DNA of 53,098 nt from a virus (IMGVR_UViG_3300030090_000465:1-53098), one strand, 5' to 3'; positions 1 through 8,313 are shown, counted from the stretch's first letter. Notes: a model not told the origin generated them from the sequence alone. Translations and numbers: made by a program.

Positions 1-379
1 ATCTCCAACAGCCGTAGGATTAAAGTTAGTACCATCTGCTATTAGTAAATGTCCAGATGTATTAGTACCCATCGTAAGATCATCACCACTAATAGTAAGA
101 TCACCAGAAAGAGTAAGATTTCTTATACCTGTATAATCTTTATTAGAATCTAATACAACTGCTTTAGAAGCTATAGCTGTACCTACTGCGGTACTACCTA
201 AATCTAAATAATTTAATTCTCCTACAACTGCGGTAACACCATCTAAAGTATTAAGTTCTGCTGCTGTACTCGTTACTCCATCAAGAATATTAAGTTCTGC
301 TGCGGTGCTTGTAACACCATCAAGTATGTTAAGTTCTGCTGTGGTAGCTGTTACACCATCAAGAAGATTTAATTCTGCT
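1..379. repeat. Imperfect terminal direct repeat (copy 1) of 52720..53098
   Basis: Manual alignment: about 15 mismatches in 379 nt, last ~93 nt identical; indicates a circular or permuted assembly. Confidence 0.9.
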
Positions 380-1194
380 GTAGTACTAGTTACACCATCT
401 AAAATGTTTAGCTCGGCTGTGCTTGAAGTAACTCCATCAAGTATATTTAATTCTGATGCTGTAGATGTTACTCCATCAAGGATATTAAGTTCTGCCGTAG
501 TTGCAGTAACTCCATCCATTATGTTAAGTTCTGAAGCTGTAGCAGTTACTCCATCTAGTATATTTATTTCTGCTGCTGTTGCACTAATAGCTGTGCCATT
601 AAAATTTATAGCATCTAAATACGCTGTACCATCAATATATAAATCACGCCATTCTTGACTAGAAGAACCTAAATCATAAGCACTATCTGTATTAGGAATA
701 ATATTACTGTTTACATCTGCACCAAATACAACATTGTCATCTGCTGCATCTCCTAAAGTAAGAGTACCTCCATTAAAAGTTGTAGTGCCTGTTACCGTAA
801 GATTCCCACCAACAGATACATTACCTGTAGTTGTAATACTATCTATATAAGCATCTTTAAAATATTTACTTGATGTTCCTAAATCTAAGTCACTATCAGC
901 ATTGGGTACTAACGCTCCATCTTGTAATACCATTTGTTTTGCAGCAGCACTAGAAACTTCTACATAGAACTCCCAAGTATTACTAGTAGTAAGAATTTTA
1001 TTTAAAAAATCTTGATCACCAATAGTATGTATATTGCCGCCTTCCCCGGCAGTACCATCGTGTTGATGACCTGTAGTACTACTAGAAGCATATGAAAAAG
1101 CAGTTAGTAGTCTATTAAATTCATCATTAAATAAAGCGGCAGTTATAGTATCTCCATCTGCCATTGAGCTTTGTCTTACATAACTTGTACCCAT
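1..1194 (-). CDS. Long tail fibre protein, N-terminal part (runs off position 1 and continues at the right end of the window)
   Basis: ATG at 1194, 2 nt after the stop of the 536-aa gene; translates MGTSYVRQSSMADGDTITAALFNDEF...GHQHDGTAGEGG, followed by 13-aa LDGVTSTAAELNI repeats; same reading frame as ORF 50386..52791 through the terminal overlap. Not listed in the ORF track because it has no stop inside the window. Confidence 0.85.
   Translation of the reverse strand, partial: MGTSYVRQSSMADGDTITAALFNDEFNRLLTAFSYASSSTTGHQHDGTAGEGGNIHTIGDQDFLNKILTTSNTWEFYVEVSSAAAKQMVLQDGALVPNADSDLDLGTSSKYFKDAYIDSITTTGNVSVGGNLTVTGTTTFNGGTLTLGDAADDNVVFGADVNSNIIPNTDSAYDLGSSSQEWRDLYIDGTAYLDAINFNGTAISATAAEINILDGVTATASELNIMDGVTATTAELNILDGVTSTASELNILDGVTSSTAELNILDGVTSTTAELNLLDGVTATTAELNILDGVTSTAAELNILDGVTSTAAELNTLDGVTAVVGELNYLDLGSTAVGTAIASKAVVLDSNKDYTGIRNLTLSGDLTISGDDLTMGTNTSGHLLIADGTNFNPTAVGD
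205..580 (-). repeat. 39-bp (13-aa) coding tandem repeat, about 9-10 copies, in the tail fibre
   Basis: Recurring ccatcaagaatattaagttctgctg units encoding LDGVT(S/A)T(A/T)AELN(I/L). Confidence 0.9.
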
Positions 1195-1196
1195 TA

Positions 1197-2807
1197 TTAT
1201 CTCCTACCGGAAGGTCTATAGTCTACATAGAAACCATTTATTGAATAAGGTGCATTAGTATCCTGACTAAATATTTTAAAGGCTATATTGTGTCCACTTC
1301 CTTGTACTGCCTGTCTTGCCATAGGGTCTTGAGAAGCTCCGAATACTGCTGTATTAAAAGTTGAATCTCCAAATACTGCCGGAGTTGGTATTGAATCTAG
1401 TGTATAGTTTGGAGGCTGTGGTCTATTAGTATCATCAAAATCATATGTTATCTTTAATGTAGGCTGTACTGTTCCTTCAGGTGTAAAAGATATTTTTGTG
1501 TAGTGTAATGTTTTTAATGTTCCTGCATCTCCAAAATCTAAATTAGGTGTTTTATATCTTGCATCTATATTTGTTTCTGTTCCTGCCGGATTAAAAGAAT
1601 TTCCTGTATTATGATTATAAACATAGCCATCTTTATCACCATGATATATTTGTTCTACACTATTATTATCAAAACCTGATGTAAATCCATGAGCTTGTAT
1701 TCCTATTGTTTCAGACCACTCAAAACCTTGTGGTGTTATGGTTCCTATAATTCCTTTTGCTGTATCTGTAGAAGCTGCACCTGAACTATAAAATAATCTA
1801 TATTGAGACTTACTTCTTAATACTGCACTAGATATAACTAAAGAACCTATGTTAGAAGCTAAAGAAGCAACAATAGATTGTATTTGTCTTGATACTGAAC
1901 TTAACTCTACGTCACCAATACGAGCCGTACCTGCAACTAAACGAAATCCATCAGGGCTTAAAAATATAAGATCACCACCAATCTCTTGAATACTATTACC
2001 ATCTAAACAACCTACGTTTTTAGTTATAGGTGTAATAGCTATAGAATTTGAATCATTTATATTTACTAATTTATAAATACTGTTTTTACAAAATATAATT
2101 AAATCGCCACGGAAACTTTTTAGTCCTACTACTTGATCATCTAATACAATACTTCCAGAACCCGTTGAAGTAAAATCATTTATATCACTTGTGCCACTAT
2201 AGAATATAGTATTAGGTGCTGTAGCTGCTCCTGCAACTACTAAGTGTTTGTCGTGTATAGTACAAAACTTTGGATAGTGTGTACCACTTACTGTAATTTC
2301 TTCATAGAAAAAAGTTCTATCTGATAAGCTATCACCTGTACCTGTCATTTTAAATAAAGCAGGTTTTACGCCAGAACCTTTATCAGTTATTACTACTTCA
2401 CCATAAGTAGTATTTCCTTCAAATAATGTAAAGTTTGCATACGATTGACTTGTTCTAGTTGCTGTGCTTCTTCCTGTAAATGTAGAGTAATTATCTCCTG
2501 ATCCACTTACACTAGAACGATTTATTTGTACCCAACTTGTACCGTCTAAAGTAAAATAAAGATTAGTACCTGATGCTGCAATAACACCATCGGCATAAAC
2601 AAAAAGTCCTAATATTGGATTAGAACTATTAGGTCTTGCTGCACTACTGCCACCATAAAGTGTATAACCATTTATTCTTCTGTAACCACCATCAGGGTCA
2701 ACTTCAAAGTTTTGTAACTCTGTAGCAAATCCCGGTTGCTGTAACATTTGAAACTGGTTAAGATTAGTGTTTAGACCGCCTTGACATGATAAACCAAATG
2801 CTTGCAT
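1197..2807 (-). CDS. Tail tubular/nozzle protein (T7 gp12 / P22 gp10-like, beta-propeller)
   Basis: 536 aa, beta-rich; GGLN start and NVGC...SIQEIGGDLIFLSPDGFR motif typical of podovirus nozzle/stabilisation proteins; follows the adaptor gene. Confidence 0.75.
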   Translation of the reverse strand: MQAFGLSCQGGLNTNLNQFQMLQQPGFATELQNFEVDPDGGYRRINGYTLYGGSSAARPNSSNPILGLFVYADGVIAASGTNLYFTLDGTSWVQINRSSVSGSGDNYSTFTGRSTATRTSQSYANFTLFEGNTTYGEVVITDKGSGVKPALFKMTGTGDSLSDRTFFYEEITVSGTHYPKFCTIHDKHLVVAGAATAPNTIFYSGTSDINDFTSTGSGSIVLDDQVVGLKSFRGDLIIFCKNSIYKLVNINDSNSIAITPITKNVGCLDGNSIQEIGGDLIFLSPDGFRLVAGTARIGDVELSSVSRQIQSIVASLASNIGSLVISSAVLRSKSQYRLFYSSGAASTDTAKGIIGTITPQGFEWSETIGIQAHGFTSGFDNNSVEQIYHGDKDGYVYNHNTGNSFNPAGTETNIDARYKTPNLDFGDAGTLKTLHYTKISFTPEGTVQPTLKITYDFDDTNRPQPPNYTLDSIPTPAVFGDSTFNTAVFGASQDPMARQAVQGSGHNIAFKIFSQDTNAPYSINGFYVDYRPSGRR

Positions 2808-2809
2808 AG

Positions 2810-3580
2810 TTAATCAAACCTAACTCTGTCATCAGACATAAATGTTGGAACAGTCCCTATTAAGTTTTCCCTCATGCTTTTTAATCCCTTTCTATAATCT
2901 TCTAAGGCAAAAGCAGCCATTTGAGGGTTGTCTTTAAATTGATGTGTGTAATATCTAGCTTTAGATAATATCACTGTTTTATACAAATCAGGAAAAACTA
3001 TAGCATCGCTATGTGCAGATAGTTGTGTAGGAAGGTCGTAAGCAAAAAACCAAACCTTATAAACTTTATCGGGTATAGGACTTAATCCAAACTTTCTAGA
3101 ATCTGGACTTCTAATAACAAGATTAGGTTCTCCTCCTACTGCTTGATCAGCATCATCAGCATTTTCTCTAGCCCTTCTAAAGTCTTTCCATTTTTCTATA
3201 GTTACAAATCTTAAATTTTTAGAAACGTAAGGAGCTGATTCGCCACTTACACTTACTGTAGTTAAATAAAAATTATCCCAATCTATAGAGCCGTAGTCAT
3301 TTATTATAGATGAACTCGCAGCTTTTAATTCATACCACCTTGTACCTGCTACAGTATCTACTGATACATTGCCATACATAGGATCGGTAGCACCGCTTTC
3401 ACCTGTAGCTAAAAAAGGCCACTGAGGTTCTTCATTAACTATATCTAAGTATGATCTATTAATACAATCTTTAGCGTGTGCTTGAATACCTACAGCACTA
3501 GAAAAAGTTGAGGAAGTTAATACTACTTCATTTAACTCCCTTAATAGTTCATTTGTTAATTCTAAAAATGTAGTAGCCAT
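2810..3580 (-). CDS. Tail adaptor / tail tubular protein A-like
   Basis: 256 aa, TFLELTNELLRELNE N-terminus and WPF motif typical of podovirus head-tail adaptors; located between capsid and nozzle genes. Confidence 0.75.
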   Translation of the reverse strand: MATTFLELTNELLRELNEVVLTSSTFSSAVGIQAHAKDCINRSYLDIVNEEPQWPFLATGESGATDPMYGNVSVDTVAGTRWYELKAASSSIINDYGSIDWDNFYLTTVSVSGESAPYVSKNLRFVTIEKWKDFRRARENADDADQAVGGEPNLVIRSPDSRKFGLSPIPDKVYKVWFFAYDLPTQLSAHSDAIVFPDLYKTVILSKARYYTHQFKDNPQMAAFALEDYRKGLKSMRENLIGTVPTFMSDDRVRFD

Positions 3581-3582
3581 AA

Positions 3583-3753
3583 TTATTTTTCAAGCTCTTT
3601 ATGATTTACGGGATTATTAGGATTTCTAAAAACACGATCATAATTATCATCATATTTCTTTTTATCTTCAGCTTTCATATAGGCAGCACGAATTTTAACT
3701 TTATTATTAACATTAAACCGTACTGGATTTTTTTCACTTCCTATTTGTGGCAT
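3583..3753 (-). CDS. Small hypothetical protein (56 aa, MPQIGSEKNPVRF...)
   Basis: Manual translation; AAGGAA RBS; fills the gap between pqqA and the adaptor gene. Confidence 0.7.
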   Translation of the reverse strand: MPQIGSEKNPVRFNVNNKVKIRAAYMKAEDKKKYDDNYDRVFRNPNNPVNHKELEK

Positions 3754-3764
3754 ACTATATTTCC

Positions 3765-3836
3765 TTACCTATTGCTGTAATACATTGTGATTTCAAAACC
3801 AAGTCTAACATTTTCATAAGTAGGTTTAGTCCACAT
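3765..3836 (-). CDS. pqqA: Coenzyme PQQ precursor peptide PqqA (23 aa)
   Basis: [23 protein letters not shown]: matches the PqqA pattern W-x-K-P...R-x-G-F-E-[VI]-T-x-Y with the E-x3-Y pair; GGAGGT RBS (3844-3849) 7 nt upstream. Confidence 0.93.
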   Translation of the reverse strand: MWTKPTYENVRLGFEITMYYSNR

Positions 3837-3851
3837 AATAATTACCTCCAA

Positions 3852-3882
3852 TAAAATTAAAGGGGGCATATTTCAGCCCCCC
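3852..3882 (-). terminator. Rho-independent terminator after the major capsid gene
   Basis: GGGGGC-tgaaatat-GCCCCC followed by TTTAATTTT on the - strand. Confidence 0.8.
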
Positions 3883-3889
3883 GTAATAT

Positions 3890-4879
3890 TTAGTCAATGC
3901 CGTAGAACGCAGAAACCAATGCTTCTGGACGTAGTACTTTAGCTCCATATACATGAAGACCTCGTACTATATCACCAAAGCTATCAGGATCACGAATTAC
4001 TTCAGTACTAGTAATAGTCTGAGCAGTTGCCGTGGATGACATATGACCTGCAATACACTTACCTGCTGCATTAGAGGTAGAAGCAATATTGTTAGTCTTG
4101 TACATATCAAATCCACGCAACTTACCAGTTGATACTAGTCCGTTACGGATTGAACCTTGACCTGCGTTGTAATCAACAGACAGAAGTTTAGAACTGCTTT
4201 GTACAAGCTGCTCATAAAACTCTGGGTTTGCTGCGAACCAACGACCTTCTTCTGGAACATTTTGCTCATCAAGAAGACGAGCCATGTGTGAAAGAACGTC
4301 AATAGGATCATGCTCACCAGAAGCAAAACCTATGTCTAGATTACCAGTACCATCAAAAGTACCTGCTGCTAGATCAGTTGCGTTGTCAGAACCTAAAATG
4401 TGATTAGGGCTAGAAGATGATACACCTGCAAACATTACTGCAAGCACACCTGCATCAAACGCATCTTTGATTGAATAAGCTGCTGAAGATGCAGCAACGT
4501 CACGAAAGTTAACGTGTGACATATTAGTTTCAATGTCATCTACGATAAACTTAAATGCGTTTGCTGTATCAACAACCAAGTTAATTTCTTGGTCTGTCAA
4601 CTTAGTCGCAGTTACGTCTTGTCCCCTTTCATACTGATAAACAGTAATTTCAGGTTCTTTGATAATTCTTACAGAATCACCATATGCCGCAATCTCTCCT
4701 GCATAATCTGTATTAGTAATTGCTTCTACTACAGATGATTTTCTAAAAAAGTTTAAAACAGTTTTAGAATAAATTGCAGGTAAGAAATACGAGTTTGTTT
4801 GACCCGATACGGAATTTGCAAAGTTTGCGTTAGTATCCGTAGACGGTTCAAAATATTGGTCAGATTGATTATAAGCCAT
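3890..4879 (-). CDS. Major capsid protein
   Basis: 329 aa; FLPAIYS, TNTDYAGEI..GDSVRI and FGDIVRGLHVYGAKVLRPEAL motifs of HK97-fold podovirus coat proteins; follows the scaffold gene. Confidence 0.92.
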   Translation of the reverse strand: MAYNQSDQYFEPSTDTNANFANSVSGQTNSYFLPAIYSKTVLNFFRKSSVVEAITNTDYAGEIAAYGDSVRIIKEPEITVYQYERGQDVTATKLTDQEINLVVDTANAFKFIVDDIETNMSHVNFRDVAASSAAYSIKDAFDAGVLAVMFAGVSSSSPNHILGSDNATDLAAGTFDGTGNLDIGFASGEHDPIDVLSHMARLLDEQNVPEEGRWFAANPEFYEQLVQSSSKLLSVDYNAGQGSIRNGLVSTGKLRGFDMYKTNNIASTSNAAGKCIAGHMSSTATAQTITSTEVIRDPDSFGDIVRGLHVYGAKVLRPEALVSAFYGID

Positions 4880-4899
4880 TGTAATATCCTCTCAAAAAC

Positions 4900-5754
4900 T
4901 TATTTAGCTATTCTGCCTTCTGCCAATGCTTGTTTGATTTCATCTTCATGCTTATCAAACTGGTCAATAGACATATTAGCAATTTCTCTTTCTGTCCAAA
5001 CTTTAGGAGCTTTCGCATCCACCGCAGTAGTTTTTGTAGACACCATATCGGCAGCAGACCTATTCTCCTCTTGCTTGGACTGCCTCTTTTGTGGTGGCTG
5101 ATTTATTCCCTTTTCCATTTTGTAAAGGTCAATAGCACGACTAGCTAAAGTAGCATCACTATTGTTAGCATAAATCCATTTTTGTATATCGTCAGGTTGT
5201 TCTTTAGCCCATTCGTGAAAAGCATCATCACCCCGTATATCTTCAAAATCTGGATGACGTTCCCTAAGAACTGTTTCAGCTTCTCGTTTCATAATGTCAG
5301 CTTCCCGTTCTTGCAAAGCTGTAAGTTGCTGTCTTAATTCTTCGGTTTGATTTTCACTTTGTAAATGAGCTACAGTTTCAACTGTCTCATACAAGTCTGG
5401 ATTTTTTGCTTTGAACTCCTCTAGTTCTTCTAAAGTTTTAGGAGCCTGATACTTAGGTGCTTTTTCAGCAGCCTCCGCAAGAAGCTCTTGTTCCTTTTGT
5501 TTGAACTCAGCAATTCTATTGTCGTAATGTTTCTTTAGGTCATCATACCTTTTCTTATAATTTACATCCTTAGAATTTTTAGCAGGGGGCGTTTCTGATT
5601 CCTCAGAAGGCGTAGCCTGTTCTTCTTTAGGTCGTGCATAGAATAATCCATCGGCATCACCCATTGATGGTTTATCAGGAGTGTGCCAATCTTTCTTTGC
5701 ATTATAAGGGTTAGGTGTTTTTTCCTCCACAGGATTAGTTTGTGCTTCAGCCAT
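4900..5754 (-). CDS. Capsid scaffolding protein
   Basis: 284 aa, acidic and coiled-coil, YKKRYDDL and HPDF motifs, C-terminal EDEIKQALAEGRI; directly upstream of the capsid gene. Confidence 0.8.
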   Translation of the reverse strand: MAEAQTNPVEEKTPNPYNAKKDWHTPDKPSMGDADGLFYARPKEEQATPSEESETPPAKNSKDVNYKKRYDDLKKHYDNRIAEFKQKEQELLAEAAEKAPKYQAPKTLEELEEFKAKNPDLYETVETVAHLQSENQTEELRQQLTALQEREADIMKREAETVLRERHPDFEDIRGDDAFHEWAKEQPDDIQKWIYANNSDATLASRAIDLYKMEKGINQPPQKRQSKQEENRSAADMVSTKTTAVDAKAPKVWTEREIANMSIDQFDKHEDEIKQALAEGRIAK

Positions 5755-5768
5755 AATACTTCCTCCAC

Positions 5769-5853
5769 GGGGCTTGTAAGTTTTAAAAGGTAGCCATTAC
5801 AATAAATTATTTGTACGGATAATTTATAATGGTGCTTTTACTTCAAGGTAGCC
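5769..5853 (-). promoter_or_regulatory. Structured 5' leader of the scaffold gene with duplicated GGCTACCTT...AAGC(A/C)CC boxes
   Basis: aaggtagcc at 5787-5795 and 5845-5853; gg(g/t)gctt at 5769 and 5831; AT-rich inverted repeat between the boxes. Confidence 0.55.
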
Positions 5854-5854
5854 G

Positions 5855-7027
5855 TTATCGTTGTCTAACATTTAGGCTAGGCATTTGATTAGAAGACATC
5901 ATTACTTTATTCATGTCATCTTCTAAATCAGTTTCCTCGCCCTTCTTCATTAAACCACCATCATAAGCACGTTCAGCTTCATCCATCATACGTTGAAGTC
6001 TGTCTGCACCTATTTGATCAGTGGCCTTTCTAGTCATCACAAATTCACCGTCAGATAATCTAGCGGGTATTGAATCTGAGACTCCCGTTCCCGGCCCTGT
6101 AACTTCTCCAGAGCCAGTAAACTCAGAAGCCGTTCCTACAACTTTGTCAAATATCATACTCAGTTGAGGATCGCCTTCTAAAGCGTTCATTAAATATGTT
6201 TGTTCTTCAGGTTGTAAAGCTTCGTTTACTACATAATCAATAAACTGATCTTCCATTTGTTGATCTGGAAGTTGTGAAGCTTCTACTGCTGCCATTTGTT
6301 CTGGTGGTATATTAGGGTAAGTATCTACTGGAACTTCACCACCCTCTTGAAATACATCACGGCCTTTAAGAATATCAGCCTGTGTTACTTTTCCATCACC
6401 TGTTAAGTCTGGAAACTTACCGCCTTCTGCAAAATTTCCACGAACTTCTCTAGGTCTAAGAGTAGATTGTATATCTGGAAGCTCTCCACTAAATATAGCT
6501 TTATCTTCATCTGAAAGACTATTCATAAATTTACGAGCATCTGAAGGACTAAGAGAATTAGTATATTCAAATATTTCTTCCATATCATTAAATAATTCTA
6601 AATTTTTAGCTGCATCTTCTGGATTCATTCCTTTTATTCTTTCTGCCATATTATCTAATGGATCATCTGCTAACCCCATATTAGCTCTTATTTTTTGTGG
6701 AAGAAAATCCATAACTTCTTTAAAATCTTCATCTGAAAGATCATCTAAAGCTCTAGGGTCTGACTCAGCTATTTCTGTTAATTGCCTTAAATTTTGTTCT
6801 TGATCTACCATTCGACCTTTAACATCTTTTGTTTGTTTACCTATAATTTTTTCTACAAGATCAACAACTAGTCGGCCTTTATTATAAGTTTCTCTTTCAG
6901 GAGGAACCATCATACCGCCATCCATTTTCTTTTCTTTAACTGCTACAGTTATAGCAACATCAGGAGCAGCTAGTAAGGCTTCTTTTCTTTTTCTACGTTG
7001 TCTATTTCTTTTAGATTTACTAGCCAT
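5855..7027 (-). CDS. Hypothetical virion-associated protein
   Basis: 390 aa; EF-hand-like DLTGDGKVTQAD loop, GPGTGVSDSIPARLSDGEFV motif, repeated FxxGG motifs. Confidence 0.75.
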   Translation of the reverse strand: MASKSKRNRQRRKRKEALLAAPDVAITVAVKEKKMDGGMMVPPERETYNKGRLVVDLVEKIIGKQTKDVKGRMVDQEQNLRQLTEIAESDPRALDDLSDEDFKEVMDFLPQKIRANMGLADDPLDNMAERIKGMNPEDAAKNLELFNDMEEIFEYTNSLSPSDARKFMNSLSDEDKAIFSGELPDIQSTLRPREVRGNFAEGGKFPDLTGDGKVTQADILKGRDVFQEGGEVPVDTYPNIPPEQMAAVEASQLPDQQMEDQFIDYVVNEALQPEEQTYLMNALEGDPQLSMIFDKVVGTASEFTGSGEVTGPGTGVSDSIPARLSDGEFVMTRKATDQIGADRLQRMMDEAERAYDGGLMKKGEETDLEDDMNKVMMSSNQMPSLNVRQR

Positions 7028-7177
7028 TTACTTTCCCCTATGAACTTTTTGTACATCAAAATTTGCATTTAACGTAGCACCTTTATGTGGCTTAAACTTA
7101 CCAGTGTGTTTCATAAGTTTATAGCCACCATTTTTTTGTTTCATCCAATGGTATCCTGCGGGAGCTTTAACTTTCAT
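7028..7177 (-). CDS. Small basic protein (49 aa, MKVKAPAGYHWMKQKNGGYKLMKH...)
   Basis: Manual translation; ATGA overlap with the upstream stop, own stop abuts the next ATG. Confidence 0.7.
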   Translation of the reverse strand: MKVKAPAGYHWMKQKNGGYKLMKHTGKFKPHKGATLNANFDVQKVHRGK

Positions 7178-7395
7178 TGTTTGGTCATGTCCTGTATTTG
7201 TAGTAAGTCGTTTACAATTTTTAATTTTTCTTCTGCTGCTGCTACTTGTTCTATTAGTTTATCTACTTCACCAACTAAGTCTGGATGTTCAGGTACACCT
7301 ACAGAACCAGATAAATAATTTTCTATATTAACAGCAAGTACTTCTAACTCTGCTGAGTATTTAGAAGCTAAAGCACTAAGTATTAAATCTCTCAC
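7174..7395 (-). CDS. Hypothetical protein (VGVPEHPD motif)
   Basis: 73-aa ORF with overlapping start/stop on both sides. Confidence 0.7.
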   Translation of the reverse strand: MRDLILSALASKYSAELEVLAVNIENYLSGSVGVPEHPDLVGEVDKLIEQVAAAEEKLKIVNDLLQIQDMTKQ

Positions 7396-7637
7396 TTTCT
7401 TCTATACTTCCTTGTTTTCTTTGCAATACGTTTAGGTTGTTTTGAGTGTTGCTTTCCTTTTGCAGTATCTTCTCTTTTCTTTCTTGTTGTAGCAGCGTAC
7501 TCTTTAGCAGATAAAGACTTTATAGCTTTTTCTGGTAAATATCTTTCACCTGTTTTAGCACTAGGTTTTCCAGATTTAGTACGCCACTTTTGTTTAGTCC
7601 AAGATTTAAGACTTTTTTGTGATTTCTTTAATGCCAT
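7392..7637 (-). CDS. Small Lys-rich phage protein
   Basis: SLKSWTKQKWRTKSGKPS...GERYLP, a motif common in marine phage basic proteins. Confidence 0.75.
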   Translation of the reverse strand: MALKKSQKSLKSWTKQKWRTKSGKPSAKTGERYLPEKAIKSLSAKEYAATTRKKREDTAKGKQHSKQPKRIAKKTRKYRRK

Positions 7638-7639
7638 AA

Positions 7640-7795
7640 TTAATTAGGTTTAGCAACCTCACCACCCATTGAGTACTTCATTTTGCCACCACCCATCATT
7701 TTCTTTTTATGCATACCACCCATCATCATACCTTTTTTCTTTTTATTCATACCACCCATCATTTTCTTTTTTCTATCACCATAATGCTTTGGCAT
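7640..7795 (-). CDS. Met/Gly/Lys-rich peptide (51 aa)
   Basis: MPKHYGDRKKKMMGGMNKKKKGMMMGGMHKKRKMMGGGKMKYSMGGEVAKPN; GGAGGA RBS upstream. Confidence 0.75.
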   Translation of the reverse strand: MPKHYGDRKKKMMGGMNKKKKGMMMGGMHKKKMMGGGKMKYSMGGEVAKPN

Positions 7796-7807
7796 AATTA
7801 AGTCCTC

Positions 7808-8008
7808 CTATTTATATCCACCACCTTTTGCTTTGTACTCTTTAGCTAACATTTGAGCTTTTCGAGCACTCCATTGTCCGGGCTTACCACCCTTTGAACC
7901 TGCTTTAATTCTATTAAATAAATTTTTACGCATTGTAGGTTTGGTATAATTACCTGCTTCATTCACTCTTGATGTTTTTTTCTTGGTTGTCTTTTTCTTT
8001 ACTGCCAT
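7808..8008 (-). CDS. Small Lys-rich phage protein (DUF5872-like)
   Basis: GNYTKP...GSKGGKPGQWSARKAQMLAKEYKAKGGGY motif. Confidence 0.75.
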   Translation of the reverse strand: MAVKKKTTKKKTSRVNEAGNYTKPTMRKNLFNRIKAGSKGGKPGQWSARKAQMLAKEYKAKGGGYK

Positions 8009-8120
8009 CAGGCCATTCCTCTTTTATCCATTCGTTATAGCACAAAAATTTTCTTTGTGGATAAGACCAATACTTTCCTTGATAGCTAGGAGTCTCTTCC
8101 TCTAGCTTCACTAATTTCAT
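7959..8120 (-). CDS. Small hypothetical protein (53 aa, MKLVKLEEETPSYQGKYWSY...)
   Basis: ATGA overlap with the portal stop codon; manual translation. Confidence 0.55.
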   Translation of the reverse strand: MKLVKLEEETPSYQGKYWSYPQRKFLCYNEWIKEEWPDGSKEKDNQEKNIKSE

Positions 8121-8313
8121 CCTTCAACTGCTCTAGGCGTTCCAGAGAATTGATCCTCCCCTGACTGCGGAACATTTCCTGTTCCGATATTGCCCCCACC
8201 AGTACCCGTAACTCCAAGGTCTTGAGGTTGTTGAGGTGTTCCATCAGGGCTTCCCATAACTCCTTGTTGCTCGTTAGGAGTGAGAGGCGTTTCGCCAGTT
8301 GCTTGTCCAACAT
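8086..8313 (-). CDS. Helical protein overprinted on the portal C-terminus
   Basis: 75 aa, LWEALMEHL...EMFRSQGRINSLERLEQLKDEI resembles the small helical gene that typically follows the portal in such podoviruses. Confidence 0.6.
   Translation of the reverse strand: MLDKQLAKRLSLLTSNKELWEALMEHLNNLKTLELRVLVGAISEQEMFRSQGRINSLERLEQLKDEISEARGRDS

Noticed and set aside
205-580. Regularly spaced 39-bp repeats as a CRISPR array
   Set aside because: Units are contiguous, in-frame coding repeats varying at wobble positions, with no unique spacers
305-658. + strand ORFs opposite the tail fibre genes (also 49698..50156, 50834..51100, 52118..52393, 52631..52855)
   Set aside because: Antisense shadows of repetitive fibre codons; no RBS or independent protein signature
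3765-3892. Capsid-PqqA fusion by readthrough or frameshift (T7 10B-like)
   Set aside because: pqqA is out of frame with the capsid; the capsid frame hits a second TAA and the pqqA frame has a TGA in the terminator loop; pqqA has its own RBS
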